From the IMG/VR virus record IMGVR_UViG_2657245717_000001, positions 1 to 64,000 of that record: a stretch of 64,000 nt of DNA; one strand, 5' to 3'. Within the stretch, counting starts at the first letter, position 1. Every line of letters begins with the position of its first letter. This document shows, one piece after another, positions 62,977-64,000 of the stretch. This DNA comes from a virus. Its lineage: Duplodnaviria > Caudoviricetes. Both the position numbers and the translations under genes were made by a program. Below the pieces are notes generated by a model. That model worked only from the letters and a program-made list of their open reading frames with translations, was not told the DNA's origin and ran no database searches.

Positions 62977-63399
62977 ATGTCCGAGCAGCAGTACAGCGAC
63001 CCGCCCGGCATGCCCGACGACGAGCGGATGACCGACGCCGAGTTCAAGGTCGTCCGCGAGTACCTGGGCCTCACCGGAGACGGGATCGCCGAATACCTGA
63101 AGGTGACACCGCGTACGGTGCGGCACTGGGAGCAGGGCAAGTACCCCATCCCAGACGGAGTGCGGCTCGCGGTCAAGCGGCTGGAGGCGGAGGCTAGCCG
63201 CCAGGTCGCCGCCGGTGTGAAGGCGCTGATGGACGCTCCCGAACCCGTGCTTGTGCTGGCCCGCACTGAGGCCGAGCGTCCCGCCGGGAACGACTGGCCG
63301 CTCGGCTGGTCGCGGGCCGTGGCAGCTCGTATTGCTCAGGAAGTTCCGGGGCTTTCGATCATGTACAGCGACCAGGTTTCCAGCGCTGAGGAGAACTAG
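62977..63399 (+). CDS. Aca2/YdiL (DUF1870)-like HTH regulator
   Basis: MTDAEFKVVREYLGLT...IAEYL.V..RTVRHWEQG..PIPDGV...W.RAVAA resembles the Aca2 pattern as I recall it; start 62959, 62977 or 63028. Confidence 0.75.
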   Translation: MSEQQYSDPPGMPDDERMTDAEFKVVREYLGLTGDGIAEYLKVTPRTVRHWEQGKYPIPDGVRLAVKRLEAEASRQVAAGVKALMDAPEPVLVLARTEAERPAGNDWPLGWSRAVAARIAQEVPGLSIMYSDQVSSAEEN

Positions 63400-63427
63400 C
63401 GTTCGGGGGCGCCAGGTGACGGCAGAC

Positions 63428-64000
63428 CTACTTCACCTGGCGCCACACACCGCAATCCCGTGTGGTGAACGACCCGTCCGTCGCCTCGATCGTCACCTCG
63501 ATGGACTTCGCGTCACCCGACACGAACTGGTTGTCGATGATGTCGCCGCCGTCTGTGGACCGCTCCCAGTAGCAGTCGCTCAAGCCGTCCTCGCCGCCCG
63601 TCGTCCGATACGTGCCCGGCCGCACCGACCGCGCCCCCACCTCCGACGACACCTCATACGAGCCGCCCAACAGCAACTGCTCCGCCTTCCCGTCGAGCAC
63701 CTCCAGGACGGTCTTCTCCCAGCGCGGGCACAGCACCGGCACCCCCGCCCGCAACGCGAGCTTCTCGTCGCCCTCCGGCGGATTCGCGCGGGTCAGCCAC
63801 GACGACGGCGGCGCGTCCGGGTCGTTCCGCTCCTCATACGAGTCGAGCGTCTCGCACACGTCGTCCACGTAGTCGCTGGCCGTCTCGTACGCCGGGTCCG
63901 GCATCGTCCAGCCCTCAGCCTCCGCGCCGGCATCCACACGCTCCTGCGGCGACTCGATGTGCACCTCCTCCGTCGCCGACGGCGCCACCGACGGACTCGC
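63428..64000 (-). CDS. Secreted/lipoprotein-like protein (5' end outside the window)
   Basis: PGTYRT....DCYWER....IIDN......V.I...D..F.T..CG.W domain. Confidence 0.7.
   Translation of the reverse strand, partial: ASPSVAPSATEEVHIESPQERVDAGAEAEGWTMPDPAYETASDYVDDVCETLDSYEERNDPDAPPSSWLTRANPPEGDEKLALRAGVPVLCPRWEKTVLEVLDGKAEQLLLGGSYEVSSEVGARSVRPGTYRTTGGEDGLSDCYWERSTDGGDIIDNQFVSGDAKSIEVTIEATDGSFTTRDCGVWRQVK

Larger units (their letters stand above)
1..64000. mobile_element. Conjugative temperate phage-plasmid (partial) of a streptomycete
   Basis: Lysis cassette, phage early genes, parABS, two replicons and Kor-Spd-TraB all occur together; no run of chromosomal housekeeping genes. Confidence 0.85.

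Noticed and set aside
1-64000. attL/attR prophage boundary or linear-plasmid telomere
   Set aside because: No transition to chromosomal genes and no terminal palindrome cluster or tap/tpg genes; both window ends fall inside genes.

Overview
High-GC actinobacterial (most likely Streptomyces) sequence that reads as the non-structural half of a large temperate phage-plasmid. From left to right it contains: the tail end of the late operon (endolysin, holin, membrane and collagen-like proteins); a 12.7 kb block bounded by a perfect 43-bp inverted repeat, carrying dcd, galE, two tyrosine-recombinase-family genes, ERF and WhiB; a plasmid replicon (HTH Rep-like gene, DciA, parB-parA and four parS-like palindromes); long early/middle operons (RusA, WhiB, SSB, NERD) headed by four copies of a 31-bp palindromic operator-promoter; a type III PKS with an MmyB-type regulator; a VUT transporter, TGT/DpdA-like, MazG-like and HIT cluster; an ATP-dependent ligase; a second, phage-type replicon (iteron-bearing initiator plus DnaB); a Kor/Spd/TraB conjugation region; and a putative Aca2-regulated anti-defence locus with two paralogous acidic proteins. 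Notable non-coding signals are five tRNA-like (acceptor stem plus T-arm) intergenic elements, a dense CGCTC/GAGCG array inside the spd gene, small genes bracketed by direct repeats, and a sawtooth G/C strand skew. All calls come from manual motif recognition; no database searches were run.
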